Assembly: GCA_965113315.1 (NCBI GenBank)
Contig: OZ220363.1
DNA length: 64,000 nt
Source: Podarcis vaucheri
Taxonomy: Eukaryota
Reading direction: 5' to 3' (one strand)
The notes below the pieces were generated by a model, which saw only the letters and a list, made by a program, of their open reading frames with translations, ran no database searches and was not told the DNA's origin. Shown here in pieces: positions 25,969 to 40,469 of this stretch. The position numbers and the translations under genes are program-made. Numbering within the stretch: the first letter of the stretch is position 1; each line of letters opens with the position of its first letter.

Positions 25969-27684
25969 CATGCCTAGGCTACCCATGTATAAATGTTGTA
26001 ATGGGAACCCAAAATCCATGCAATGAGAGACTATGTTTGCTGCAGTCAGTATCACTGCTAGATATTGTTTAGGATGTTAGCCATACCCTTCACTGTTCCA
26101 GCATTGCAAAAGTGAGGCAATCAGGAGTCAGACTCTTCCGACTTCAATCATACAAAGAAGTGTTCAAATAGTAGCTCCCTATGCAATTAATAAGCGGAAT
26201 ATTCACAGTACCGTTCAACTAATGGGCCTAACAAAATTATTGCTCCTTGTCAAGTCCTATACCAGGTAACTCCGCAACCGGGAGCTTCCCTGTGCAATCT
26301 GAGCAACATGTCTTCTTCAGTTCAGCATACCCCAAAGGAACATGTCATGGTAAGGCTCTTCTGCCTATTGCACTACTAATTAAGATAGTTGCTATTTGCA
26401 TAAATAGTAAATAGTCTCTAGTCCACCTACCTCTCCTGCTAATTCCAATCATGTAATTAGACAATCCTGTTATCTTTGTTCTCAGATCACAGAATCATTT
26501 TTTTCACAACAGACATTAGAATTAGAAGACAATTCAGCACAGGGTTATCTCATCACTAGCCCTTAGAGTATTGGCCTTCTTTGCAGTCTCCTGCACCTAT
26601 ACAATTAAAAAAAATTCAAAAAATCAAAACAGAATTCTCAAAAATAGCCACATGCTGTTATCTTGTTTTCATCTTTGCAGTGACAATGGCTAAAATCCTT
26701 CTTAGGCTGCATAAATCCCATTAAAATCTAACTGTGAGCCAATGTCATTTCCTTTGTACAACTATTCTTTAATTACAGCAGAAGTTGTAATTTCATCATA
26801 TTGGGGAAAACCATTAGTAAATTTGACTAAGCTCAGGAACTAAAAGTTCCAGTCACACAAAGGCTAGGCAATCAACTACATTTTGAGGAACTAGGAAGAC
26901 TTGACATTTCAATGTAAAATAAAGAAGTAAAGAAATAAAAGAGCCTAGTTATTCAAAAGGAGATTTTCTATGCTCACCTGCCAAATACATAACCTTAAGC
27001 TGAAGAGCAATGTTTGTTCCCATTCAGTTGGAACAGAGAAAACACAGAAGAACACAGTTTAAGTTCCATCTATTATGTACAGGCAGCAAGTGTGCTATGT
27101 AAGCAGAAAACTTGTATACTTTTTAAGCGTCCTTCACACATTCTTAAGCACTAACATTTGTTTTCACTTAAATAGTTGATTAACTGCATAATATTAAAGT
27201 GTATCAATATTAGAATAGATGGATCAAATTAAAATACCTACCTGTGCTATTCACATACTATTTTATTTTACTATTTTAAGTATTATTTTACATTTAAAAA
27301 TATGTAATCAATTTATGCCAACAGTGTTTTCCAGTAGCTAATTATAAACTTATTACTGTAGTTGGTTTATAATGATATAGAGGTGTGTGTATATATATAC
27401 CTGTGTGTATGAGAGCGCGCACACAAAAATACACAGACACACACACACAAATATATATACAGTAACACTTCTGTACTTAGTGATACATCTTTTCCTTCAA
27501 GAGTTGAAACAATACTTTGAATACAGATTCCGATGGGGCATTAATTTTCATTAACGATTGTTTAAATCCTTAAGAGATGACAACCATATACTGTACTTAA
27601 AACTGGACAAATTGCCCAGATATATTTCATTTATCACTGCTAATGTGCTTAAGAATATTGTGGCAGTTAGAAAATTTAGGTGTA

Positions 27685-27850
27685 CAGTGGTACCCCTGGT
27701 TGCGGACAGGATCCATTCTGGAGCTGCGGTTGAGTCCTGAGGTTTCCACAACTGGAGGGACTGCTTCTGCATACGCACAAGCGGCGGTAGAATGCTTCTG
27801 CGCATTTGCATGCAGCAAAAACCCAAAAATATACTTCTGGGTTTGCCGTT
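27685..27850. mobile_element. Truncated Tc1/Tigger-like MITE
   Basis: TA|CAGTGGTACC TIR at the left end only. Confidence 0.6.
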
Positions 27851-27951
27851 TATAACATTTGTTATAGTGAATATTGCCTGTCATTATAACCAGTTCAAGA
27901 CTCATTGAATTGTTAAAGAGTATGTAGATCGATATCTGTTTAGGGGAAGTG

Positions 27952-28012
27952 TAATATAATATAATATAATATAATATAATATAATATAATATAATATAAT
28001 TAATATAATATA
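27952..28012. repeat. (TAATA)n microsatellite
   Basis: Directly visible. Confidence 0.95.
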
Positions 28013-29272
28013 AGTGTATGCATCAGTTAATTTAAAATGTAAGCTACAACTTTCTACATTTCTATACTGTGTGAAATAAATACAACACTTCAGGTATTCA
28101 AAGTATTTGTCATTTGTTTGCCTCTGTATTCAATAAAAATGTATGTTAATGTATACATACATTAACATGTATGTATGTATACATTAATTTATTGGTTATC
28201 AAATCCTATGACAGTCTTAATTATTGGTTATCAAATCCTATGACAATTTTGCTAGGATGCATGCATATCCTGGTGCATATACAAAACAAACATGAAGAGT
28301 TTGAAAGGAACTTTTTTGCCTTCGGCCATGGTTATCACAGAAAATGAGATGGAGGAAAACAGGGGACCTTTCCATTAAATCTTTGTTAAAATCAGCATGG
28401 TACACAATGAAAACAATTTTACATTATATAAGAGTATATAAAAGCGCACAGCTGATATGTGCATTTCAGAAAGTTTGACTACTATAACAATACTTAATTC
28501 TAATTTGCACGGTCAGTATCATATTTTATCAATTATGTACCTAGTTTATTTGTTCAAATATATTATATTGATCACTTAAGTAACAGAAAGCTTGTTTGAC
28601 ATATTTACGTTAATTTTTAGTCACAAGTGAGATGGGCTTGAACAAGACTAAAGGACATCTCCAAAGAAGCCCCCCCTGCCCCTTGCAAATCCACTGTGAC
28701 CTGCATTCATTTTGCACACCTCACAATGACTCACTGTTCACCAAATGTAGATTGTCTAAGAAAATCCAAATCAATGCCTAAATCAAGGTCTTTCTAAGGA
28801 AGAAGGGTGTTGGTTCTCAACTTTATTGCTACTTGCTAACAAATGCAATGTCTGAAGTGGAGCTTTTTTTAGTTGGGGGGGTGGAACTGAAGGGAACTGC
28901 CCCAGGACTCACATATGAGAGGGGCGCATCAACACTGGCCTTGCAGCATTGTTGCCAAGGCTCAGGAAAAACAGAGAGTGAATCATCCTATCTCCACTCA
29001 TTGCTGATTTCACTAACTGGGCTGGGGTCTTCCTCTCTGCATACAGAGGCCATCTGCTCTCCTGCCCTGTCCCCACGCTGGCCCTGCATGCAAAAGTGAT
29101 GCTGCTGCCAAGAGACTAGATCTGCAATGCTGCCCCTCGCCATGGATACTCCTGATCACCCATAACAGGTAAAGTGGGGCAAGCCATGCTAATTGTTCTT
29201 CAGTGATGATATATTTGTGAGAAGAAAAATCCCTTAAAGATAGTGCTAGCCCCCATCTTTCTCCAGGAAATC

Positions 29273-29327
<55 letters not shown>

Positions 29328-30270
29328 TTTCATTTATACCCCGCCCTCCCCGGCCAGAGCCAGGCTCAGGGCGGATAATGCCAGTAAAATCACAATAAAA
29401 ACATAATGGGGGGAGGAGGGGGAATTTAAAATAAAGGTTAAAATGCAGCCTCATTTTAAAAGTATGCCCACGGATCAAAACCATAAGGGAGGGAAAACAT
29501 AAGGGTCAGACTGAGTCCAAACCAAAGGCCAGGTGGAACAGCTCTGTCTTGCAGGCCCTGCAGAAAGGTGTCAAGTCCCTCAGGGCCCTAGTCTCTTGTG
29601 ACAGAGCGTTCCACCAAGTTGGGGCCAGTACTGAAAAGGCCCTGGCCCTAGTTGAGACCAATTGAACCACTTTGTGACTTGGAACCTCCAAGGTGTTGTC
29701 ATTTGTGGACCTTAAGGTCCTCCGCGGGGCATACCAGGAGAGGCAGTCCCGTAGGTACGTGGATCCTAGGCCGCGTAGGGCTTTAAAGGTCAAAACCAGC
29801 ACCTTTAACCTGACCCTGTACTCCACTGGGAGCCAGTAAAGCATTGGATTAATGTGATCCTGCGGCAAGGACCCCGTAAGGAGCCTCGCTGCGGCATTCT
29901 GCACCCGCCGGGGTTTCTGGGTCAGCTTCAAGGGCATCCCAATGTAGAGTGAGTTACAATAATCAAGCCTGGAGGTGACCGTCACATGGATCACTGTGGC
30001 CAGATCAGGGCGAGAAAGGTAAGGGACCAACAGACCAAAATGCCACCTTTGCTGTGGTTGCAACCTGTGCCTCCATGGAAAGGGAGGCGTCTAAGGTTAC
30101 ACCCAAGCTCTTGACAGAAGGCGCTGGCACTAATTGAGCCTCCTCAAGAGATGGGAGTTGGCCGCCCAACCCCATGTCGCCCCGACCCAGCCAGAGGACC
30201 TGCGTCTTCAAAGGATTTAACTTCAACCGGCTCCCACGCAGCCACCCAGCCACAGCTTCCAAGCATCTGG
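29273..30270 (-). mobile_element. L2 LINE, 5'-truncated, with (TTA)n tail
   Basis: LKLNPLKTQVL, VKSLGVTLD, SRLDYCNSL, VQNAAARLL, WLPV ORF2 motifs; microsatellite tail 29273-29327. Confidence 0.9.
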
Positions 30271-31664
30271 GAAGAGGAGTTTGATTTGGGCAAAGGGTGC
30301 ATGAGGGGAGGCTGTTCTCCTTACAAAAAAAATGGGCAGCAGAATGCACAATAATTTTTAGGGCTAAGTGGGCACTTCTGAATATGTAGATGCAGTTTCA
30401 CCATTTGACTTAGTAAGCGACAGAAACGGTAGCTACTGAAACATCTATTGGGGGGATATGAATTTAATTAGCTGCTTAGACTTAGTTGAGCCATTAATTT
30501 GCCTAGCACAGTGCTGCCCTATTCTGTCTGGCAACTACGTTTCTGGCATGCAGTCCTCCTACCATTTATGCTCTTTAACTGGTAATGCTGACAATGGAAC
30601 TTGAGACCATTCCCCCTGCACAAACACCATCGGAGTACCCTTCACAATTTGCAGGGCCAGTGCCAAACATCAAGGGGTCTTCAATCCAGGGATCCCCAGC
30701 CACCACCAATCCTACTTCTTACAGTGGCATAGCTGTCTATCCTCCTCCTCAAACACATACACATTCTTCACCAGCAGCCCCCTAGGCACTTGGGCTCTCA
30801 ACAAGAGCCAAAGGAACCCTCCTTCTCATAGAGCCAGGCATTGTGAATTGCTGCAGAATTGTTTTTTTTAAAACTTGAAAAAATACCCTAAGTTTTAAAA
30901 GCATTTCCAGCTCCCATGACAACAAGTATTAATCATTATTAATTTAAAATAGTTCAGTTTTTGATCCTGCCTCTTTGGCAGTGCCAACGTCAGGCTCATA
31001 TGTGCCCATAGTGCTGGAAAACCAAACGGGTCTGGTAGTGGTGCAGGCAGAGTCTGGTAGTTGGCACCAGCAGCACTGCCTGTTTGAGTTCTCTGCTCCC
31101 CCAAAATTAAAACACACCCTCACTGATGCAGGCAGAAGAAACTAAACACAGCAGCAACAGACTCTCCCCCTACCACCACCACCTCTGAGGCTGGCAATAT
31201 TAGCAGTTGGAGTAAGTAGTAGAGCACAGTCTGGGAACACTGACTAGGCAACAGATCACAGTTTGACAACCCTGATTAAAACCAAATACCCAAACTCTGA
31301 ACATTTCCAGTTTCACATTTTTAACTAACTAAAAAAATAGTGATTTGCTTTTACTGCCCTGTCTGTCAGCTCCAGTCAGGGAAGCACAACCCATTGCACT
31401 TGAGATTAACAAGTATATCCTCGTGATCCCTTTCCCCATCTCTCCTGTAATGCGAAGGATCACTTACACTATGATGTTGTGACATCACCTCATTGTTTTC
31501 CTAATCCTGTCAGTGGTTGCCAGTAAGCTACATTAGAGCTGGGAAAATGTGCTATGTGATGACATCATGGTACAGGGTCCTTCATAGTACAATGAAGAAC
31601 ACGACATGGCTATGTCATTTTCAGTTGCAGCACATGAGGAGAGTTGCCTTGTGGATACAGGGAA

Positions 31665-31800
31665 CTGGCTTCCTCAACCTCAGCCCTCCAGATGTTTTTG
31701 GCCTACAACTCCCATGATCCCTAGTTAGCAGGACCCGTGGTCAGGAATGATGGGAATTGTAGTCTCAAAACATCTGGAGGGCCGAGGTTGAGGAAGCCTG
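31665..31800. mobile_element. Palindromic hAT-type MITE
   Basis: Long TIRs (GGCTTCCTCAACCT...AGGTTGAGGAAGCC); same family as 46339-46474. Confidence 0.8.
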
Positions 31801-32276
31801 ATTTAGTCTAAGCAGCATTCTACAAGTTCCTCAAACTCCATGAATAACAGAAAACAAAAGATAAACTTGGCTCAGACCTCTAACTTTGTATGAATAAATC
31901 TCATAAGGCAGATTGGTTTCATCAGTGGATCACTGCAATGCCATACAAAAGCACACATAGTTATTCTTAATAAGAGTAATGGATCCTTTCCTGGTGTTGT
32001 TTTTAAATCCGCTCCAATACTGCTGGTCATTGTCAATTCCAGATACTACAGAGCATTACATTGTAAGATGCAGGTGGGGTTAAAATAATATGTCACATGT
32101 GATTACTCCTCAGAAGCACCAATTTTACTGGCCAAAGCACCACAAATTATACATACTTCATTACTAATTGCTATAAATAATTGCATGGGTCTTCGCATTA
32201 GATATAAATGCCCAAGCTACAAAACCTTTTGTTTAAAAATTATGTCAGTTTGACCCTCCTTTACTGTATCTGCAGC

Positions 32277-32792
32277 TGTGACACCTAGTTATGGCCTAAC
32301 CAGTCCAATTAAATGACCATCCCTGACTTGTTTATTTCCACTCCCAAAGTGCAGAACAGGCAATGAGGCGAACCACTGACACCCCTGACACCAACATGCC
32401 CCCAAACCCGACTTGCTACAAACCCAGCAGCCAGCTATCCTGCATTCTCCTACAGAAGATGAGGTAGGAAAGTTGCACAATGTTCAGAACATCCTTTGTC
32501 CCCGTCACAGCCGCACATGCAGAGTCCTTGTATTCAGAGTCCCTGAAAAGCAGCAGCTCTAAGGAAATGGACCTACTCCCTGGTCCATCCAACATAGACC
32601 TACCAGCACCAGATCCCTCACCAAGCCAAGCCCTGCAAATCCTAAGGATTTACCTTGGACTACAGATATCAAGGAGTGGGCTACCCGCTCTTCTGAGCTT
32701 TAAGAAATGCCTGCAGCACCTCCAGTGAACCAGCAGCAATTTATCATGTGGCTACACCAGCTAAAGCCATGGTTACTAACAAGGGTGCCACA
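32277..32792 (+). mobile_element. Possible old solo LTR
   Basis: TGTGACACC...GGTGCCACA inverted termini, GC-rich interior, no clear TSD. Confidence 0.35.
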
Positions 32793-33252
32793 TTGCCAGG
32801 ATTTGTAATGAGGATTTGAAATTCATTTGAAGCATACCATGGTGTTATAGTCTCCTCCTTAATAACAAAAAAACCCCAAAACTTGTTATTACTTGTTTAA
32901 AAAATTGTGTGCTTGTGTGGTGGGGTGTCTGTGTTTCTGGGGCTGGATCTACACTCACCATTTAAACATTATTAGAACAGTATTAGAAATATCATTCTAA
33001 AAGATCAAGACAGAAAAAGTCCCATTCGGTTTCCTTTGGCTTCCTTTCCACAAGGTCTACCTAGTTTATGATAGCTAGTTGCTCTGCAGAGCGCTCTGGT
33101 GTCACATTTTAAAAACACATTATTAAAAAGAACATCATAGGGCTATATGGTTATCAGAACCATTCCTTAACTTTTTTTTTTTAGCGATAAACATGAATGT
33201 AGATCCGCCCTCAGTTTTGTTCAGAGCAGTATTTATATCAAGCAATTTGCAA

Positions 33253-33395
33253 GAATCATAGAATGCTAGCATTGGAAAAGACCATGAGGGTCATCTAGTC
33301 CAACCCCCTACAATGCAGGGATCTTTTGCCCAATGTGGAGTTTGAACCCACAGACCTAAGTTTAAGAGTGTAATGCTCTACCGACTGAACTGTCC
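33253..33395 (-). mobile_element. tRNA-Lys-derived SINE with CR1 tail
   Basis: Reverse complement has a tRNA-Lys(CTT)-like head and a CR1-type ...TTCTATGATTC tail. Confidence 0.8.
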
Positions 33396-33909
33396 TAGGT
33401 TCTTCCACCTCTGGTCCCTGTCCTTAATGGATGAGGCATGGTATACCTGTACCAGTCCTAAACTAGCAATTCTAGAAAGTGATCTTGGTTTTTTAATAGC
33501 AGCCCTGACTTACTTGCACAGCTAAATACTAAAAGCTGCATATTCCACAATACCAAAAAGGGAGGTATGGAAAGGTCTGTTACAAAAATGGAAAAGGGGC
33601 TATAACTGATAATGTTATATTCACTATGGAGCAGAGAGACTCCCATGGATAAAAATAATGCACTCCCCAAATCACCTGACTTCCAAAGTTTCTAAAACCA
33701 TCTAGTTTAAAAGAAGATTTCTATACTATAGCTCAATGGAAATTTATCCATCAAACAATAGTTTAAACCAAAAAATTAAAACAAAAGAGGCTAACTTCAA
33801 AAAATTATACTAAGAAAGTACTTTCAGAGCAACGTGGGAGTTACTTTGAAAGGCTGACAGGAAAATGAAATGCTGAATATCAAACATGCTTATTTAGCTG
33901 TTTACTTAC

Positions 33910-34059
33910 CCATAATGGTTAAGGCTGTAGCTTTCGTTAGTTCTTCTTTCATTGAGTCTATTACTTCAAAACTGCCACCATCTAAATTGCATCGGTTTAT
34001 GGTTCCATTTCCTGAACTGATCCAATAAAGCCTGTTTTCTGCATAATCTATAGATAAAC
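33910..34059 (-). CDS. LRP1B: LRP1B coding exon (~exon 32), not in ORF track
   Basis: 150 nt, CAG/GTAAG; [50 protein letters not shown]. Confidence 0.95.
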
Positions 34060-34224
34060 CTGAAAAAAATACAGTAAATGAAGCATATTTGAAACAATTT
34101 AAAACTTATGCATTTTTTTTATTGCTTACACAATAGCAAAATTTATCCACAAATTTTAAGTCATCTAAAAAGTAAAGAGCTGTTTGTGGCAAACAGCAAG
34201 CTAAGTTTTCATTTGGCTGAATAG

Positions 34225-34715
34225 TGTTGTGAGTTTGTGAGTGCTAGACCTCTAAATTCCTGGATCCTTTTAAGTGCTAGAATTTAATCAAGGCTTGAGG
34301 TGCCAAACTGAATGCCAGACACTTCTAATTCCTGGATCCAACAAATGCTAATAGCCAATTGGAACAACAAAGTATCAAAGGGCTCGTGCTAGATGGCAAG
34401 TGGGTGGAGCCCCCTCCCTCAACAGATAAAGCCATAGTTGAGAGGAGTTATATGAGCTAGAAGCTGGATGCAAAAAGCTGCAGGATGGAAAGGCAAAGAG
34501 ACAAGAGATCCATGGCTGATTTCTGCTTGAATCCAAGGCTATGGCTATGGGAGAAAGAAAGACCGTATGGGGTGTTGATGCTGTGAATCATATATCTTAA
34601 AGACACCACAGTCTCTGCTGTGCCTCATTTCTAAAAGGAAACAGGAACCCAGGGTGATCGCCTAGAACCCCTGGATTCTTGTATCGCTCTGAGACTGGGG
34701 TAGAGTGTCATAATA
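34225..34715 (+). mobile_element. Probable solo LTR
   Basis: Starts TGTTG, internal repeats AATTCCTGGATCC, CCAAT and TATAT motifs; right end uncertain. Confidence 0.5.
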
Positions 34716-36850
34716 TGTTGTCTACTGTTCTGAGAAAACACATGGTCACCATACAATTATTTCTAGAAAAGGTACTTAATAGGATTGCTTAGTATTAATT
34801 ACTGTTGCTGTGTTCTAGATTAGCATTTTTAGGAGGGGGAAATGGAGAGTGGAATACTAAGCAGGCCGCAGGTTTATAGAAAACATGATATAAAAGCATA
34901 TTTTGACAGTAGCAGTATAATTACACTTTAGGATAAGAACCTGATAGTACTATGCAAGCATTCTGTATAGCAGCCTTCACTACATGGGTGCTCTCCCAGA
35001 TGTTTTGATGCTGGCTAGAGCTAAAAAGAGTTGTAATCAAAAATACTGGGAGGGTGCCAAGTTTGTGAAGGCTGATGTATAAGGTTCTTCTCAGTTCTAC
35101 ATTTGTCTCACACAAGCACAGAGCATGGGGGGGTATTTCTTTCCTTTCTCCCTTCCTTGACAACCAGATCAGAAATATGTGGGAAATTCATTATGGGTCA
35201 GTCAGTCAGATGGAGGCTTAGCAATACTGCCATCGTAGGACTACCAAAGGATAGCTCCTTACTCTTCTCCACTGCTAGCAGGTAATAGGTGCTTGTCCCT
35301 TCTGTGAATGGAAGGGCTCCAGAGACTGATATTCAGTGGAGGCTCAGTGCAGTAGTAAGGGGAAGGAGGATCATCCCCTTGTAGACCTGTGTGCCATAGA
35401 CTACACTGATTCATCTTCATGGAGGCACATTTTCAGGAAACTGTAGGGGAGAAAGAATGGGCGAAAACTGACCCCTTCTTCCTACAGTGGAATTGGCCTA
35501 TGGCCACAGTCCTGCTCATGAGAACTCTGGACCCTATCCATAGAATAACTTATTTCAAAAAAGCAAATATATATGAAATTGATTACTTTGAATTTGTGGT
35601 ATTAGGTTAAATAACTTCATTTTTATTGCCACAGAATTTTGGTCTATGCCAGTATTTTTGCATTCTATGCACCACTACGGTCACTCTATATCATAAAGAG
35701 TGCACAGTGTAAGAAATATACATAGTGGAAGATTGAGATGTGTGAGGGAAGATACATGTTTATTTGAAAACAGATTTTACGGGGGCAGGGGGACTCACAA
35801 CAGGAAAGGGAAATATAAACTGGAAAATACTTTTAATTAATGACTCCAACCACATACTTCTAATTAATGAGTTCATTTAATTAATGAATAAAGCTTTTGC
35901 TCTTAATACTTCTGAAATCAAGCAATAAATCTAAATTAGGAATATTAAACAATGGATTAGCTTTGAATTTTTATTTTTATTTAAGAGGAGCAAAATTCAT
36001 TCAGCCGAAACTGCCTGAAGGCTGCAATTATTCACTCAGTACCAGTACTCACTCATAGAATGCAAGATGGGTGTTCTGACAAGATTATGATGCACTTGTA
36101 TTTCAAAATTTGCTTATGATTATAAGGTCTGGCAAAGTAAGTAAGATTTTAAAAACCAACAAGAAAAACATAAACCACTCAATTATTGAACACTTTCTTT
36201 CTCAAAACAAAAATCAATCCAGTGAACTCTAATAAAAGAAAGATTTCATATTAAATAAATTATTGTTTCTTTACAATTCTAGATTTTGAGGCTTTACTAA
36301 CACTATTAGAAAGCTCATCTTCGTACAATAGGGCAAGGTAACAAACATTCTATGCTGCTCTTTCAAGCAGCTCCTTTTTGGATCTTGCTTTTTGTTACCC
36401 ACTTAAAATCATAGCAAAAACATTCTGTACCAAATATAGCTTGCCCACCATTTTCAAGGGTAGTCCTATGTAGAATGCATCATAGCAGACCAATTGATTG
36501 TAATGTTTCAGGGACAAGGATTACTGAAGCTATAGTGGTCCAGGGTTACTACATTTATTGCTGAGGCTACCCTAATCTATGAATGGTCATAGCTGTTGAG
36601 CCCACAGGAGATAAAAATAGTCACTCCTAGCCATAGAAGCCACCAGGGCCTTAAGTGACAAGACTGGATCCAGGGGGATCCCCAAAATATGTAATTGATC
36701 CTTTAAGGGAAATGCAACCCCATCAAGAACTGAAAATCTTCCAGTTTACTGGACACAGAAGCAATCTACCCACAGCACCTCAAAGTCACAACTCTAATAC
36801 ACCAGGAACATTTATGAGCAAGTGGGTAAGGAAATATTTACGCCAGGATT

Positions 36851-37434
36851 TGTGGGATGTAAACACAGGAGCAGTCAATGACAACATTCCTAGAGTGTAC
36901 ATGTTACAACATGGGGTGGGATGTCTGTCCAGCAAGCAGGTAAACTTCCTGGGGACGGACTTCCTCTGCATGTGACCAGAGGTGGGTGTGGCCTCACCTG
37001 TGCAGGTAATGACAAAAGCACAGGGCAGGCAGCCATCTCTCTCTCTCTGCCATCACCTTTCGGATAAGCAAGATGCCCTCTTGGCTCTCAGCCAAGAGAG
37101 GAGAGGGCTATCTTCCTATAAGATAGATTCTAAGTATATGTAACCTTTTTAAGCCTGTCTGCCGTCTGGGATCATATTGTGAACAGATCGTGAGTAAACT
37201 CTTTTATACTTTTATAAAGACTGTGTTGTGTCTTATATTTTAAGAGGGAACAAAGGGGAAACTACCAGAGTAATTATTATAGAGGTTCTAGCGAACCTGT
37301 GCACACGTTACCGTTGCGAACTTAAAGGGGAATGTCTATAAACTCTGCTGATATTTTGGGAACTTGTTAGCACAAGTTGGATAAGGATATAATTAGTCAA
37401 TATATCCTCTCCTGCACCCCAGAACATTCCCACA
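36851..37434 (+). mobile_element. Solo LTR (584 bp)
   Basis: TGTGGGA...TCCCACA inverted termini; perfect 5-bp TSD GGATT. Confidence 0.85.
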
Positions 37435-38430
37435 GGATTTAGGCATAGAACCGAACTGAATGCAGATAAAGATCTTGCCAAGATTAATATTGGATGACAT
37501 TAAAGAAAACTATTTTAGAACCCTATCCCCGTGGTATTTAACTCCATACAGAATAAGTAAAATATATGGAACAGAGCAATGTAACTGCTGATGGTGTAAT
37601 ACACCTTGGGCAGATTTCAGTCTTGCATTTCAGAACTGCCAGATAATACAGTACAGATCTACTTGATTTTGTAACCAGTGCATCTGATACAGTATTAGTA
37701 TCATATGTACTCTGGTTTCCTAACAGCCAGCAGCAACCAAGTGGCAGCATTCTGAATCTGTTCGAGTTTTTAAACTGTCTTAAAAGGCAGCCCCACATAG
37801 ACTAACCAGGATGTGACTAATCAGTGCATTACCAAGGCTGACATAGGGTCATCTATGAACCTGCGAAGAAATCCTGTTTATTCAAAACTGTGTTTTAATG
37901 GGTATTGTGTAATGTATTCTGTTATTGTATTGCACTGTGCTTGGTGGGTGAAGTCTTCTGTCTGGTCAGATGGAAGTCAGTTTAACTGTCCCTGGGGACA
38001 TCAACTGACAACTGAGGAGGGGTTGGAAATAGAACTGCCAGTATGCAAAAGAAGGAACAAAGGTGTGCATATTCTGATTGGCGGTTGCAGGTTTAGAATT
38101 CTTAGTTAGGCACAGTGATTGGCTAGGGCTTGTCTAGACTGGCCAGAAGAAGTGAATATAAGTCTGGGTGCTAGTCAGACAGAGGTCAGTCAGTGTTGGT
38201 TGCTGCTTGGTGTTCCTGGTAGGTAGCCAAAAGAAGAAGACAGCAGAGGAAAAGGAGGGAGGAAAACAAAGGCCTGAAAGGAAGGCAGAGTGGCTCGGTG
38301 GCCCCAAAACTTGCTGGGGTAATATGGCACCCTGAATGAGAACAAAATTTGGATCCCCCCCCCCTAAATATTCCTCATTTTCACAATAATTCCTTTTGGT
38401 ACAGTTGCTTTTTAATGAATTTTCTCAGTA

Positions 38431-38783
38431 AAAAGGTAAAGGGACCCCTGACCATTAGGTCCAGTCGTGGCCGATTCTGGGGTTGTGGCGCTCATCTCAC
38501 TTTATTGGCCGAGGGAGCTGGCATACAGCTTCCGGGTCATGTGGCCAGCATGACTAAGCCGCTTCTGGCAAACCAGAGCAGTGCACGGAAACGCCGTTTA
38601 CCTTCCCGCTGGAGCGGTACCTATTTATCTACTTGCACTTTGACGTGCTTTCGAACTGCTAGGTGGGCAGGAGCAGGGACAGAGCAACGGGAGCTCACCC
38701 CGTCGTGGGGATTTGAACCACCGACTTTCTGATTGGCAAGTCCTAGGCTCTGTGATTTAACCCACAGCGCCACCTGCATCCCA
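38431..38783 (-). mobile_element. Sauria SINE
   Basis: Reverse complement of a Sauria SINE; 13-bp TSD AATTTTCTCAGTA. Confidence 0.92.
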
Positions 38784-38957
38784 AATTTTCTCAGTAGGAA
38801 CACATAAATATAGAGTAGTAGTAGTAATAATAATAATAATAATAATGCACACCTTTGGCTCGGTGCCCTGTGCACCTGCACTGCCCTAAATCCAGAGTTG
38901 GAGGTAACTAAATTACTTGTTTTAAGCTGAAGAGAGGAGAGGAGAACCTATCTATGG

Positions 38958-39795
38958 TGCTGAGGGACAAGGAGTGATAGGCAGCTGGGAAATTGTGTCC
39001 TCCCTAAGAGAGGGCACATGTTGCGGTGAGACCTGGAGACTGACCTCTTGGTTGTGGGTGGGTCTACTGGATAGCCACAACACCCAATTGGTAGGTCCCT
39101 CATTGCAGGGTGTAATCTGGCCAATGGGGTGCAGTCTAAATGGATCGAGGGACCCATATAAACCCATGCACGTATCCCAGAGCTTCCTCTTTTGGCTCGT
39201 GCATCGGAACACCCGTCCACCTCTCCTTAATTTTAGGGCCTTTTGCAATTGAACTTGCTATGCCGTCTTGTGTCATCTGTCATAGCAAGGTCAATCGCAG
39301 GGGCACGGCAGGAATTTCCCCCACTTGGCTGGTTGGCTGTTGCCATTTGGGTTTCACCTGCCGCGTAGCAAATCAACACAACTTGTAAGGTTGTGGATAG
39401 GCACTGGTTCAGGTGATAGGGATGGGAGAACGGTCTCGCCATCCCTATGTGAAGGGTATTCCGTTAAAGGAATGCAGGGACTCAACTTGGTTTGGTCAAC
39501 CCCTGAAAGGGGGTTGTGCCTGTGCCTGAGTCAAGAGGAGCATCTGGGGAGTGAACAGAGTCTGCTCCCAGGCTTTTCACCTGCCTCAGGTGTTCACCCT
39601 TGGCTGACCCATTTTAGAGCTCTGGGTCAGCGCTACCTGCAAGAGTGTAGGGAGCTAGTCGAACCAGAGCCTATGCAACCACTCACTTTTCTGTAATCAA
39701 TAAAGTTGTGGCCTAAATTCTGCCAAAAACCAAACCTAAATTTGAGTCAAATATGTCTTTATTTAAGGGGGAGGTCTCTGGGTCTGAACATGCAA
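38958..39795 (+). mobile_element. LTR-like terminal repeat remnant, possibly DIRS/Ngaro type
   Basis: GC-rich block with AATAAAGTTGTGGCC near the 3' end; family by resemblance only. Confidence 0.4.
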
Positions 39796-40089
39796 TGCTA
39801 GGCTGTGGTGTTTGGTAAGAGAGCCAGAGGAAGATTCCAGGATAGCAAAACCAGACATGTGCTTCAATAGGTCAATAGGAGTTGAAACAGAGACTTCAAT
39901 GAAAGACCGCAGTGACAGTGTTCATGAGGCTTAGCTGGATGGAGTAAACAGAAGGGCAATCTGGAAAAAGAGTTTTTAAAAGGTTCCACAAAACTGTCTT
40001 GGTGTAGTAATAGTAGCATTAAATAAGCGGTATTTAAGTAACAAGTTAGCAAAGTAGATTCCAATTTAAAGAGACAATGCTATATTAAA

Positions 40090-40421
40090 GTATACCTGAA
40101 GGAGCGTCTCCACCCCCATCATCCAGTCTGGGCACTGAGGTCCAGCACTGAGGGCCTTCTGGTGGTTCTCACACTGCGAGAAGCGAAGTTACAGGGAACC
40201 AGGCAGAAGGTCTTCTTGGTAGTGGCACCCGCCCTGTGGAACGCCCTCCCACCAAATGTCAAAGAAATAAACAACTATCTGATGTTTAGAAGACATCTGA
40301 AGGCAGCTCTGTTTAGGGAAGTTTTTAATGACTGATGTTTTAATGTATTTTTAATATTTTGTTGGAAGCCGACCAGAATGGCTGGGGAAACCCAGCCAGA
40401 TGAGTGGGGTATAAATAATAA

Positions 40422-40469
<48 letters not shown>
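40090..40469 (+). mobile_element. L2 LINE 3' end with (TTA)n tail
   Basis: YLKERL...ALRSS...VVAPALWNALP; tail 40423-40469. Confidence 0.85.

Noticed and set aside
25355-29484. Poly-N, poly-I and poly-Y ORFs in the ORF track
   Set aside because: Translations of (TTG)n and (TAA)n microsatellites.
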